From Promethearchaeota archaeon (GTDB taxonomy: Archaea > Asgardarchaeota > Lokiarchaeia > Sigyniarchaeales > SOKP01): a stretch of 64,000 nt of DNA. The notes below the pieces were generated by a model. That model did no database searches. It was not told where the DNA came from and saw only the letters and a program-made list of their open reading frames with translations. The DNA lies in NCBI GenBank assembly GCA_008080735.1, contig SHMW01000011.1:1-64000 (forward strand), in the 5' to 3' direction. A program made the translations under genes and the position numbers. This document shows, piece after piece, positions 8,207-18,067 of the stretch (position 1 is the stretch's first letter; each line of letters starts with the position of its first letter).

Positions 8207-10324
8207 ATGAATCGGAAATCTCTTGAAGTCACACGCGATTCGCAAAATAGTGGACTTCTCAGAAAAAAGGATTTAATCTCCTCAAAAAATCTTAAGGAAA
8301 TATTTCGCAATCTAAATAATCATCTGTATAGTAAACTAAAAAATACCGATACAGATACTAGGACCCGCTCTAAAGAAATCGTAAATTTGTTATTTTGCAA
8401 ATTATTGGATGAGATGAGTAAAAATCAAGATGATATTCTTGATTTTCAAATAAAACTAGAAGAGAACCCTCATGAGCTTTCAAAGCGAATTCAACAATTT
8501 TTTCAAGAAAAAGTTCTCAAAAATTATGATGGAATCTTCCGCGAAAATGAGTCAATCCATCTCACACCTGACCTAATTTATATGACTGTGAACCAGTTGC
8601 AGCATATTTCTCTTATGAACTCTTCTCATGATATTTTTAAAGATGCATTTGAAATATTTGTGAGTAAGATATTGAAGGATGAAGGAGGTCAATTCTTTAC
8701 TCCTTCGAACATCGTCTCTTTTATGGTGGAATACTTGAATCCATCCCTATACTCAAAAATATTGGATCCCGCATGTGGGCACGGTGGTTTCCTTTTAGCT
8801 GCGAGAGATTTATTAGAAAAAAAGCTAAATGATAAAAATAAAAAATCTACGAAACAGAAATCCCAATATCAAAATATCGTATCAAATTTATATGGAGTAG
8901 ATAAAGATCTTTTTCTAACCAAAATTGCTGCGCTTTATTTAGAAATTCTTGGAGGAGAAAAACCACATATATTTTGTGAAGATTCTTTAAATCCAAGTGA
9001 GTATCATGCCCATGCGAAAATGATAATTAAAAATGACTTTTTTGATTATATCTTAACGAATCCTCCATTTGGATCAAAAATTCCTGTGGATGAAAAGGAT
9101 ATCCTCAAGAATTACGAATTAGGGCATATCTGGAAAAACTATAGCAATTCAGGTTGGAAAAGAACAGAGAAATTAACCAAGCAACAACCCCCGCAGATCC
9201 TATTTATAGAAAGATGCATTCAGCTGTTAAAAGACGGTGGGAAGCTTGGTATAGTATTACCGGAAGGAATTTTTGGAAATCCTTCTGATCGCTATATTTG
9301 GAAATACCTTAAATCAAAAGGAAAGATTTTAGCAATTATCTCATTGGGTCAAAACGCATTTCAACCCTATACTTGTAATAAAACTAGTATATTATTTTTT
9401 CAAAAAATATCAAATCCTCCAAAAGATTACTTTATAGAATTTGCACTGGTTGAAAATGTGGGGCATGATAAAGATGGGAAGATAATTTATAAGTTAAACA
9501 AGGATGGCAGTCCCAAAAAAGATTCAGAAGGAAAAACCATTATAAACGATGATTTGGATACACTCAACAAAAATTTGACTAAAATAAAGGAATTTAGCTA
9601 TTCAGAAGAGCAAAATGTTTTTAAAATGAAAGTAGCTGATATACACAATAATATTTTTATTCCAAATTATTATCTAGGAATAGAGAAGCGATTGGAGAAA
9701 TTAGCTTCAGATGATAATTATGATCTTAAAACTATTCAAGAATTAATCAATGATGGAATAATTTATACTAATCGAAATGGCTATATTCCTCGTGGGGATG
9801 AGATCGGCTCGAAGGTTTATGGATTAGGAGATATTCCTTTCATTCGTACCAGCGAAATTTCTGACTGGCAAGTTAACCTTGATTCCAATAAAAAGACTTC
9901 TGAGGAAGTATATAAGCAATATGAGGTTAAGCAAAATATCGAAATTGGGGATATCCTTCTTGTTAAGGATGGAGGACCGAATTTAATAGGTCGAACCGCA
10001 TTTATTACCAAATTGGATACCAAAATCATCATCCAAAGTCATATATATCAAATAAAAACTTTAGGAAATGAAGATGCTATAGATGCTTATTTATTATTGT
10101 TTTTGCTGAATCTCGATATAGTCCAAAAACAAATAAAATCCGTCACTTTTATTCAAGGGACTATCGCGACGATAGGAAATCGGATTATGGAGCTCAAGCT
10201 TCCTATTCCCAGAAAAAAAACCAAGCGAAAAGAGATTTCCAATACTATTAAAGAAATTATTCAACAAAAAGTACAATTAAGAAAGAAGATAACTTCATTA
10301 TCGTTAAACTCGTTTTTTTCTTAA
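8207..10324 (+). CDS. N6-adenine DNA methyltransferase fused to a C-terminal HsdS-like target recognition domain
   Basis: GQFFTP, LDPACGHGGFL (motif I) and NPPF (motif IV); C-terminal IPFIRTS.I, GDILL.K.G..IGR and LKLPIP TRD pattern. Confidence 0.88.
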   Translation: MNRKSLEVTRDSQNSGLLRKKDLISSKNLKEIFRNLNNHLYSKLKNTDTDTRTRSKEIVNLLFCKLLDEMSKNQDDILDFQIKLEENPHELSKRIQQFFQEKVLKNYDGIFRENESIHLTPDLIYMTVNQLQHISLMNSSHDIFKDAFEIFVSKILKDEGGQFFTPSNIVSFMVEYLNPSLYSKILDPACGHGGFLLAARDLLEKKLNDKNKKSTKQKSQYQNIVSNLYGVDKDLFLTKIAALYLEILGGEKPHIFCEDSLNPSEYHAHAKMIIKNDFFDYILTNPPFGSKIPVDEKDILKNYELGHIWKNYSNSGWKRTEKLTKQQPPQILFIERCIQLLKDGGKLGIVLPEGIFGNPSDRYIWKYLKSKGKILAIISLGQNAFQPYTCNKTSILFFQKISNPPKDYFIEFALVENVGHDKDGKIIYKLNKDGSPKKDSEGKTIINDDLDTLNKNLTKIKEFSYSEEQNVFKMKVADIHNNIFIPNYYLGIEKRLEKLASDDNYDLKTIQELINDGIIYTNRNGYIPRGDEIGSKVYGLGDIPFIRTSEISDWQVNLDSNKKTSEEVYKQYEVKQNIEIGDILLVKDGGPNLIGRTAFITKLDTKIIIQSHIYQIKTLGNEDAIDAYLLLFLLNLDIVQKQIKSVTFIQGTIATIGNRIMELKLPIPRKKTKRKEISNTIKEIIQQKVQLRKKITSLSLNSFFS

Positions 10325-10422
10325 ATACTCAGCTAGTCAGCTAGATCAATAGTTGAAATTAAAGTTTTAAATACTCTGAGTGAATAATTATAATAACATT
10401 TTAACAATTTGACTAAATAAAA

Positions 10423-12219
10423 ATGACTCAACAAGAAATCTCAGATGAATATATAGACCAACCTTGGATGGAAAACTGGCCTGAAGAAGTGCCACGACAT
10501 ATTGATTATCCAGAAATCTCCTTAGGTGAATTTATAAGGGAAACTGCCGAAGAATATCCCAATTCTCAAGCGATCTGGTTTGAGGGATGGGGATGTACCT
10601 ACAGGGAATTAGATCAAATGATCGATCAATTTGCTACCACATTATCGAAAATGGGAATAAAAAAGGGTGATGTAGTTGCGATAGATTTACCCAACACACC
10701 CCAATTTATTATAGCTTTCTATGGAATCTGTCGAATTGGAGCGATTGCAAACCCAATCATCCCATTAAATCGATTCGTAGAAATTGTTCATCAAATAAAT
10801 GATTCTAAGGCTAAAGTATTATTAATACTTGATTCTCTTTATGAAGAGCATCTACATGGTAAAGATCTTAGCAAAATGCCCAGCTTAGAAACGATTGTAA
10901 TGACTGGTTTGGCAGAATATCTTCCAAAAATAAAAGCCGTTCTTGGAAAACTTCTCGGTAAGATTCCTTATATGAAGGAATGGCCTACAAAAGTCGGGAA
11001 TATTCAATTTATTGAACTCCAACACCTCTTAGAAAAAGGAACTCCAATTGATCTTCCCGAAGTGGATATTAATGTCAAAAATGATACTGCAGTTTTAATC
11101 TATACTGGAGGAACGACTGGTGTACCGAAAGGAGTGAAAACTTCTCATTATAATTTAATTGTAAATGCTATTCAAGCTAACGAGTGGAGTCAAAAGCAGC
11201 TACCCGAATTGGAGAACACTCTTGGAAAAGGGGGGATGTTTATAGTACTCCCTCTTGCGCACTCCTTCGCACTTTCCATAGGTATGAATATTGCAGTCAG
11301 TAATGGATATAAAATGATTTTATTTCCACAACCTCCGGCTCCAATCTCTAAGATGCTAAAAGTGATTAAATCACAAGGCGCAACATTTGGACCTGGTGTT
11401 CCCACCCTCTGGAACAAAATCAATCTGGATCCAAAATCCGAAAAGTTCCGGGGAGAGTTGGAATCATTGGTAGCATGTTTGAGCGGAGCTTCAGCTCTTC
11501 CATTAGAAGTCAAACAAGAGTTCGAGGCGATCACAGGCTCAAGAATTATTGAAGGATATGGTATGTCCGAGACATCCCCATTACTCACAGCTTCTCCTTT
11601 CCATAAATATAAAGAAAACACCGTGGGGTTTCCCGTCAGTGATTCTTACATAAAGATAGTCGATCCAGAAGAGGGAAAGGAAATATTGCCCCAATGTCCT
11701 AAAGAAGATTGTTCTGAATGTGGGATAGAAGAAGCAAAATACATCGGGGAAATCTGTGGAAGTGGACCACAAGTGATGTTAGGCTATTTAAATAAACCAG
11801 AAGCGACTGAAAGAGCATTGAGAAGCGATGACCACGGAAGAATTTGGTATTATACCGCAGATATCGGATGTATTGATAAAGACGGGTATTTACATATTAA
11901 GGATAGAAAGCGAGATATGATCAAATACAAAGGTCATTCGGTATTTCCAAGAGAAGTAGAAGATCTTATCTATATGCATCCCGCGGTAAATGAGGTAGGG
12001 GTAGTAGGAGCGCCAGATCCGGAGTCCGGGCAAACTATTAAGGCATATATTTCTTTAAAAGAGGAGTATCAAGGTAAAATTTCTGAAGAAGAAATGATGG
12101 AGTGGTGTAAAGAAAATATTAGTCCATATAAATACCCGCGAATCATTGAAATCATTCCAGAAATTCCAAAATCCGTGGTTGGTAAAATTTTACGAAGAGA
12201 ATTACGAAAAGAAGAATAA
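10423..12219 (+). CDS. Long-chain fatty acid-CoA ligase
   Basis: YTGGTTGVPKG, EGYGMSET, DRKRDMI and GKILRR motifs. Confidence 0.92.
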   Translation: MTQQEISDEYIDQPWMENWPEEVPRHIDYPEISLGEFIRETAEEYPNSQAIWFEGWGCTYRELDQMIDQFATTLSKMGIKKGDVVAIDLPNTPQFIIAFYGICRIGAIANPIIPLNRFVEIVHQINDSKAKVLLILDSLYEEHLHGKDLSKMPSLETIVMTGLAEYLPKIKAVLGKLLGKIPYMKEWPTKVGNIQFIELQHLLEKGTPIDLPEVDINVKNDTAVLIYTGGTTGVPKGVKTSHYNLIVNAIQANEWSQKQLPELENTLGKGGMFIVLPLAHSFALSIGMNIAVSNGYKMILFPQPPAPISKMLKVIKSQGATFGPGVPTLWNKINLDPKSEKFRGELESLVACLSGASALPLEVKQEFEAITGSRIIEGYGMSETSPLLTASPFHKYKENTVGFPVSDSYIKIVDPEEGKEILPQCPKEDCSECGIEEAKYIGEICGSGPQVMLGYLNKPEATERALRSDDHGRIWYYTADIGCIDKDGYLHIKDRKRDMIKYKGHSVFPREVEDLIYMHPAVNEVGVVGAPDPESGQTIKAYISLKEEYQGKISEEEMMEWCKENISPYKYPRIIEIIPEIPKSVVGKILRRELRKEE

Positions 12220-12365
12220 TCCAAACAATTCTTTATTTTTTTAATCAATTTTTTAAGGACGACAATAAATTCTGTGTTGAGAATTGACATGAAATCTGAA
12301 ATTTTATAATCTATAACTATTAACTATTAATTTTCAAATATCTTAAAAAGGAATAACTCAATAAC

Positions 12366-12632
12366 ATGGTGAAATCAATGCCTCAAGAAGTACCAGACAC
12401 AGAAGAAAATATGAATATTTGCAAGCAGTTTTGTGGACCATGTCCTACCTTTAAACCCAATAAATTGAATGAGATTGAACCTCACGCGCTCTTTTGTGCT
12501 AGAGGAGCGTCAGAAAAACCACAGAAAGAGATAGAAGAAAAAGCGTGTAATTGCTTTGACTGTGGAGTTTTTAAGAAATATGATTTAAAGGGTGGGTGGT
12601 TTTGTATCTACGGAACTCAAGGAAAAGAATAA
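12366..12632 (+). CDS. DUF2769-like small Cys-rich protein
   Basis: C...CGPCPTF, LFCARG.S, CNC..C.VF..Y.L...FC pattern. Confidence 0.75.
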   Translation: MVKSMPQEVPDTEENMNICKQFCGPCPTFKPNKLNEIEPHALFCARGASEKPQKEIEEKACNCFDCGVFKKYDLKGGWFCIYGTQGKE

Positions 12633-12762
12633 CCTATAATTCTAATAAATTTTTTTTTTAAATTATGTGCTTTTAATCCTAACTAATTCTTCTCAAATCC
12701 TTGATCGTGATACTTTTATATAGTATATTTTATAATCTTTATTTATAATCTATAAAAGTGAA

Positions 12763-14565
12763 ATGAAAAAAATGTCAGAAGATATTCCAAAACCTTGGTT
12801 AAAAAGTTATCCAGAAGGAGTTCAAGAATCATTAGAATATAGTTGGATGTCCTTAGGAGAGATGTTTGATAAAACTGTTACTGAATTTCCAAATTCCCAG
12901 GCAATTTCCTTTGAAGGATGGAGTTGCACATATAGTCAATTAAATGAGATGGTAGATAAATTCGCTACTGCACTCTCAAAAATGGGTGTCGGAAAAGGAG
13001 ATGTGGTTGCGGTGGATATCCCAAATATTCCCCAATTTGTTATTGCTTACTATGCCACGGTAAAGTTAGGTGCCATCATAAATCCAATTATTCCTTTACA
13101 CAAGTTTGTTGAGATCGTATATCAAGTCAATGATGCGAAAAGTAAAGTTCTAATAATATTAGATGCTCTTTATGAAGGGTATTTACAAGGAAAAGATCTC
13201 AGTAAGATGGACACACTCGAACATGTGATTATGACAGGTATCGGAGAGTATTTGCCCAAAATTAAGGCAATTCTGGGAAAACTTTTAGGAAAAGTGCCGT
13301 ATATGAAGGAGAAATTGTGGCCGGATAAGGTTGGGGAAATCCAGTTCCATAAATTTCAAAATTTACTGGAAGAAGGAACTCCGCCCAATGTTCCAAATGT
13401 CGATATAAACGCGAAGGAAGATGTAGGAACGTTAATATACACTGGAGGAACTACTGGAGTCCCTAAAGGTGTAAAACTGTCACATGCTAACCTAATATGT
13501 AATGCCGAGCAAGCTGTGGAATGGTTATATTCACAAGTACCAAAAACGAGGGAATTAAGAGGAAAAGGTGGATCTGGATGTGTTATTCCATTTGGACACG
13601 TGTTTGGTTTAAGTACGGCTATGAATCTGGGAGTATATTCCGGATATAAGCTGATTTTATTCCCTTCACCTCCAGAAAAACGATCAGACATATTAAAAAA
13701 ATTATTGAACGAGGATGCGGTCTATATGCCCGCCGTGCCTACGCTTTATAATCAAATAAACCAAGATGCGGATTCAGAAAAATATAAGGGTAAATTTGAA
13801 ACACTGGCAGCTTGCCTTAGTGGCGGGTCTTCACTTCCACCAGAAGTAAAACGTAAATTTGAAGCCCTTACAGGAGCACTAATTATTGAAGGATACGGAG
13901 CAAGTGAAACTGCACCAATAGTTACTGGTAATGTATTTGAAGAGGAAAAATATAAACTAGGTTCTCCAGGTTTACCAGTTTCCGATACCCTGATTAAGAT
14001 TATGGATGTCGAAGAAGGGACTGAAATGCTTCCCATTTGCCCTCATATGAATTGCGATGATTGTGACCCAGAAGAATCAGAAAAATATATTGGAGAATTA
14101 TGTGTAAATGGCCCTCAGATAATGCTTGGCTATTATGGAAAACCAAAGGCAACTGAAAGAGCATTGAGAAAAGATTCGAAAGGGCGAATCTGGTACTACA
14201 CCTCAGATATCGCTTGTATTGATGCTGAAGGTTATTTGCATATCAAGGATAGAAAACGTGATATGATAAAATATAAAGGACACGGGGTGTTTCCCGCTGA
14301 GGTGGAAAATCTTATCTATCAGCATCCAGCAGTGAACGAAGTAGGGGTTGTAGGAGCACCTCACCCGTCTGGAGTCGGAGAAACCATAAAAGCTTATATC
14401 TCAATAAAACCAGATTATCAAGGTAAGATCACAGAGGAAGAGATGTTAGAATGGTGTAAGGAAAATATATCTCCTTATAAATATCCGAGGGAGATACAAT
14501 TCATCGAGGAACTGCCCAAAACGCTTGTTGGTAAAATAAAGCGTAGAGAACTTAAGGAAGAATAA
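12763..14565 (+). CDS. Long-chain fatty acid-CoA ligase (tandem paralog of 10423..12219)
   Basis: Same motifs, with long near-identical stretches (EYLPKIKA.LGKLLGK.PYMKE; HIKDRKRDMIKYKGH). Confidence 0.92.
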   Translation: MKKMSEDIPKPWLKSYPEGVQESLEYSWMSLGEMFDKTVTEFPNSQAISFEGWSCTYSQLNEMVDKFATALSKMGVGKGDVVAVDIPNIPQFVIAYYATVKLGAIINPIIPLHKFVEIVYQVNDAKSKVLIILDALYEGYLQGKDLSKMDTLEHVIMTGIGEYLPKIKAILGKLLGKVPYMKEKLWPDKVGEIQFHKFQNLLEEGTPPNVPNVDINAKEDVGTLIYTGGTTGVPKGVKLSHANLICNAEQAVEWLYSQVPKTRELRGKGGSGCVIPFGHVFGLSTAMNLGVYSGYKLILFPSPPEKRSDILKKLLNEDAVYMPAVPTLYNQINQDADSEKYKGKFETLAACLSGGSSLPPEVKRKFEALTGALIIEGYGASETAPIVTGNVFEEEKYKLGSPGLPVSDTLIKIMDVEEGTEMLPICPHMNCDDCDPEESEKYIGELCVNGPQIMLGYYGKPKATERALRKDSKGRIWYYTSDIACIDAEGYLHIKDRKRDMIKYKGHGVFPAEVENLIYQHPAVNEVGVVGAPHPSGVGETIKAYISIKPDYQGKITEEEMLEWCKENISPYKYPREIQFIEELPKTLVGKIKRRELKEE

Positions 14566-14568
14566 CCT

Positions 14569-14610
14569 GTTTTTATTTTTTTTTGTTTTTTTTGTTTTTG
14601 TTTTTTTTAT
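14569..14610 (+). terminator. Archaeal oligo(T) terminator tract
   Basis: About 40-nt T-run (TGTTTTTATTTTTTTTGTTTTTTTTGTTTTTGTTTTTTTTAT) directly after the ligase stop codon. Confidence 0.6.
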
Positions 14611-14860
14611 CATTATCTTAAAACGCGATTGAAGGAGATTATAGAAAAGCAGTGATTTTTAATTCTTTTTTCAGAAAAAATTTAATATTTAAAAATTGCA
14701 GTCATTTTCTAAAAAAGATTGGAAATTTTTATTAGATAACCCTTATTTATTTTAATTCGATTTAAATAGCAATGCATTTTCTAATTAGGAATGGAGAATA
14801 TAGAAAAATATTACACGGATTACACTTAGTTAATTCTTATCAATTCAATTATATTTAGAA

Positions 14861-15331
14861 TTAAAAATTTTCAAAAAAGTATCTTCTTATCTCATCAAAT
14901 TTTTTTTCAATTCGGGAAAATTTATCTTTATTCCTGTCATTGCTCTTACTTTTTATCTCCTTTCTTAAATCTATATGTATTTCTGGCTTGTGAAGTTTTT
15001 GGTTACTTTCTCTTCCAAAGAATAACTCAAAAATAGAATTTATCCCAGAAAAATCGAAAAAATCATCTCTATGAAACATTGAGGATTCAGTATAGAGATT
15101 GGATTGTTTTTTGTTTTTTTTTCTTATAGGGATATTTTTCCCTTTATCTTGGATGTTCTCAAATGCTCGTTGGACTTCCATAAATTTTTTTTGTGAATTT
15201 AGTCCTTCTTTATTCAAATCAGGATGATATTTTTTTGCTAATCTTCGATATGCCAGCTTGATTTCCTCTTCCGATGCATCTTCATTTATTCCCAATACCT
15301 TATAATCATCTTTGCGTGTTTTCATGTTCAA
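14861..15331 (-). CDS. J-domain protein (type III DnaJ-like)
   Basis: DDYKVLG...[19 protein letters not shown]; no Zn-finger or substrate-binding domain. Confidence 0.88.
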   Translation of the reverse strand: MNMKTRKDDYKVLGINEDASEEEIKLAYRRLAKKYHPDLNKEGLNSQKKFMEVQRAFENIQDKGKNIPIRKKNKKQSNLYTESSMFHRDDFFDFSGINSIFELFFGRESNQKLHKPEIHIDLRKEIKSKSNDRNKDKFSRIEKKFDEIRRYFFENF

Positions 15332-15501
15332 AACACCAGCTTTAAGGCAATTTATGTTTATTTATCCCTCTCACATGTAAAATAACTCAAATCTTCCTAT
15401 TTAAATATTTTCCCCATAAGCAATATCCATAGAATGCGGTTTAATCAGATTTTAAGTAATTAGGATTAATAATTATTCTAAAATCGAATTGCTTATTTAA
15501 A

Positions 15502-15756
15502 TTATTTTCGTGAAAAAGGTAAAAGGCGGATTGCCCCTTCTGGACAACGATGAAAGCAAACGCTACATCCACCACAAGATACGTTCGTTTGGATAGTAAT
15601 ACCCTTTCCATCGTTATTAAAAGCTCTAATTTTTAAGGGGCAGTAGATTACACAAGTTCCGCATGATACGCAAAGCTTTAAATCAGTAACCGCTCGATAA
15701 ATCGTTTGCGATAATTCCTTAATTTTATCTTGTAGAGATTTAGATGCTTCCGGCAT
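15502..15756 (-). CDS. 2x[4Fe-4S] ferredoxin
   Basis: CVSCGTCVIYCP and CGGCSVCFHRCP motifs. Confidence 0.9.
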   Translation of the reverse strand: MPEASKSLQDKIKELSQTIYRAVTDLKLCVSCGTCVIYCPLKIRAFNNDGKGITIQTNVSCGGCSVCFHRCPEGAIRLLPFSRK

Positions 15757-15854
15757 TTATTCTTAAATTAATAAGTTAATTATTATGTAAAAAAAAATAA
15801 TTGAAAAAAATATGGTTATTTTATATAAATTATAACGTAAGGTTTTAAAAACAT

Positions 15855-16877
15855 TTATGATACTCTTGAACAAATATCTTTAAAGATTTTTTCTGCCCCT
15901 TTAGTGAAACTGGTAATAATATCATCTACATCGAGTATTTCGTTAATTAAACCACAAGTCTGACCGACCGGTATAGCTCCATCCTCAACGTCACCTTTAG
16001 TATAGACTATCTCATAACGATACAAATCTTCTAAATATTCGTCCATATCGTAGGACATTTCTTGGGCAATCTTTTCTTCCTTGGAGATGACCTCACCATG
16101 CTCCATGGCGTATTTATTTTTTAATAGTCGAATTGGACCAAATCCTCCTGTTGTTAAAATGGTATCTCTTGCTGTTGCGGGCGGAATTAAATCTTTATAA
16201 TTTTGGTGAAATTCACTTTGCTTCGAAGCAATAAATCTTGTTCCCATGGCTATAGCATCAGCACCCATCGCTAAACCAGCTGCCAATCCCTCCGCGCTTG
16301 AATATCCCCCACATGAAACTAACAATTTTTCAGGATACTTTTTTGCTACTTGTTGGGTAAGAACTAAGGTAGAAATTTTCTCATAAGATTGATGACCCCC
16401 TCCTTCCGTTCCTGTTGCTACAATTCCATCACATCCCGATTCAACTATTTTATCGACTAACCACAATGCTGGACCAACGTGTAAATGATACATATTCGGA
16501 GCCTTTTTTTTCCACATAGCGGAAGCTTTTCTGGGGCTTCCCGCTGAAGTCAATGCATAAATGCATTGCTCTCTTAGACGAGGGTCTTTTTTCCTCCACT
16601 CGGGAATCTTTCTCAACAAGATCTTGTGATCTGTTTGTACTCGAGCAGTTCGTACATTAAAACCAAATGGTTTATCTGTGTGTTCGACCACATAATCGAG
16701 CTGAGCTTTAAAATCTTTGACAGATCGTTTCCCTCGAAGCGTTGCATGGCTTAATACTCCTAAACCCCCTGCCTCAGAAGTCGCAACCGCTAATTCAGTG
16801 GTATAAAAAGGTCCCATTGGTGCACTGAGAATTGGATATTTAATTCCAAACTTTTCTGTTATTCGTGTTTTAATCAT
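15855..16877 (-). CDS. Nitronate monooxygenase / FabK-like FMN-dependent reductase
   Basis: IKTRITE.FGIKYPILSAPMG, G.EGGGH and MGTRFIAS motifs. Start placed at ATG 16877. Confidence 0.88.
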   Translation of the reverse strand: MIKTRITEKFGIKYPILSAPMGPFYTTELAVATSEAGGLGVLSHATLRGKRSVKDFKAQLDYVVEHTDKPFGFNVRTARVQTDHKILLRKIPEWRKKDPRLREQCIYALTSAGSPRKASAMWKKKAPNMYHLHVGPALWLVDKIVESGCDGIVATGTEGGGHQSYEKISTLVLTQQVAKKYPEKLLVSCGGYSSAEGLAAGLAMGADAIAMGTRFIASKQSEFHQNYKDLIPPATARDTILTTGGFGPIRLLKNKYAMEHGEVISKEEKIAQEMSYDMDEYLEDLYRYEIVYTKGDVEDGAIPVGQTCGLINEILDVDDIITSFTKGAEKIFKDICSRVS

Positions 16878-16961
16878 TTTTTCCACTTTTCATATTATTA
16901 GGGTTATTATAAACATATTTCGATCTTTTCACTAAAAAAGGTATCTATATTAGATCGGTTT

Positions 16962-17110
16962 TTATAATGTTTCATTGAATTCATTAATAGCCTCAAACAT
17001 AGCAATGATTTTTTGAGGGGGGACATCTGGTAAAATATTATCAATTGTGTTAAATACATACCCCCCGGAAAATAGATTCAAGTAATTATTTTATATATCT
17101 TCTTGCAAAA
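16962..17110 (-). pseudogene. C-terminal remnant of a uroporphyrinogen decarboxylase/MtaA-family gene
   Basis: Manual translation QEDI*NNYLNLFSGGYVFNTIDNILPDVPPQKIIAMFEAINEFNETL* matches the family C-terminal motif. In-frame TAA at 17091-17093 and no recognisable upstream body. Confidence 0.7.
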
Positions 17111-17213
17111 GGATTAGATTACCAGAAAATTGCAATTAAATCTAGAATCTTACTGCGTTAATTTAAATATTGTTTCTTATATATCTAATGTAAATATTGA
17201 ATGGTTGTGAAAA

Positions 17214-17936
17214 ATGTTATTTCAAATACTAGATATTGAAAGAATTTTGCAAGTGTTTATTGTTCAAGGTTTAATTATGATATTTTTCCTATATATCTCA
17301 TATCTAATTGTAAAAAGAGGGAAGAAAAGACTTAACATAATTTTCAGTATTGCCTATCTTTGCATAGCTTTGGGACTATTGATCAATATAATTTATGCAA
17401 TAGTTCTCTATGAACCAATCACTACCGTTCTAGCTTATGTTACTCATTATTTTTTAGCTATTGGTCCAGTATTTTTATTACTCTTTAATTTGATTGTCTT
17501 GAAATCAGAAAAGATAGTTAGTAAACCTATTCAAAATATTATGATCCTTGTCTATGGAATTATTTTCACATCAATCTTTTTCTTTATCCCTTTTAATGGG
17601 ATTACAATTAACTCTCTTACAAATTGGAGGTCGGTCTGGACATTAGAATTTTACATTTATTTTCTCACCATAATTACTCTGCTAACAACTATCCCTAACT
17701 TTTACAGTTCATTTAGGGTTTATTTCTCGTTTGAAAATCCTGAATTAGAGAAAAAATGGCGTTTTTTCTTAATTGGACTTGTAGGATTGTATTCGTACAT
17801 GTACGGTGCCTTCACAGCAAATTATATAAATATTCCTACTTTCCGCTTGGTCATGGGCATATTGGGCCTTTCTATCGCTGTATTTTTATATTTGATGTAT
17901 TATGGGGTTGGAAGGCAATTAGAAGAAGAAGCTTAG
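17214..17936 (+). CDS. Stand-alone ~7TM membrane protein
   Basis: 240 aa, about seven TM segments, F.NPEL.KKW.FFLIG loop before TM6. Confidence 0.72.
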   Translation: MLFQILDIERILQVFIVQGLIMIFFLYISYLIVKRGKKRLNIIFSIAYLCIALGLLINIIYAIVLYEPITTVLAYVTHYFLAIGPVFLLLFNLIVLKSEKIVSKPIQNIMILVYGIIFTSIFFFIPFNGITINSLTNWRSVWTLEFYIYFLTIITLLTTIPNFYSSFRVYFSFENPELEKKWRFFLIGLVGLYSYMYGAFTANYINIPTFRLVMGILGLSIAVFLYLMYYGVGRQLEEEA

Positions 17937-18020
17937 TACCTTTCTAAAATCAATCTTACATCTCATTTAGATTTTAGCTTTATTTTTTTTGGAGAAATTT
18001 TTCATTATTAATTCATTAGA

Positions 18021-18065
18021 TTTAAATAGTATACTGACCATTAGTTATTTAGTTACCGTTAGTAA
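18021..18065 (+). promoter_or_regulatory. TATA box followed by two 13-bp imperfect palindromes (putative TetR operators)
   Basis: TTTAAATA at 18021; TGACCATTAGTTA (18035-18047) and TTACCGTTAGTAA (18053-18065) precede an operon that includes a TetR gene. Confidence 0.5.
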
Positions 18066-18067
18066 GT

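Noticed and set aside
11190-14036. Antisense ORFs inside the ligases, and similar short shadow ORFs throughout the track (e.g. 86..400, 47908..48408)
   Set aside because: They lie opposite or within well-supported genes and have no recognisable motifs.
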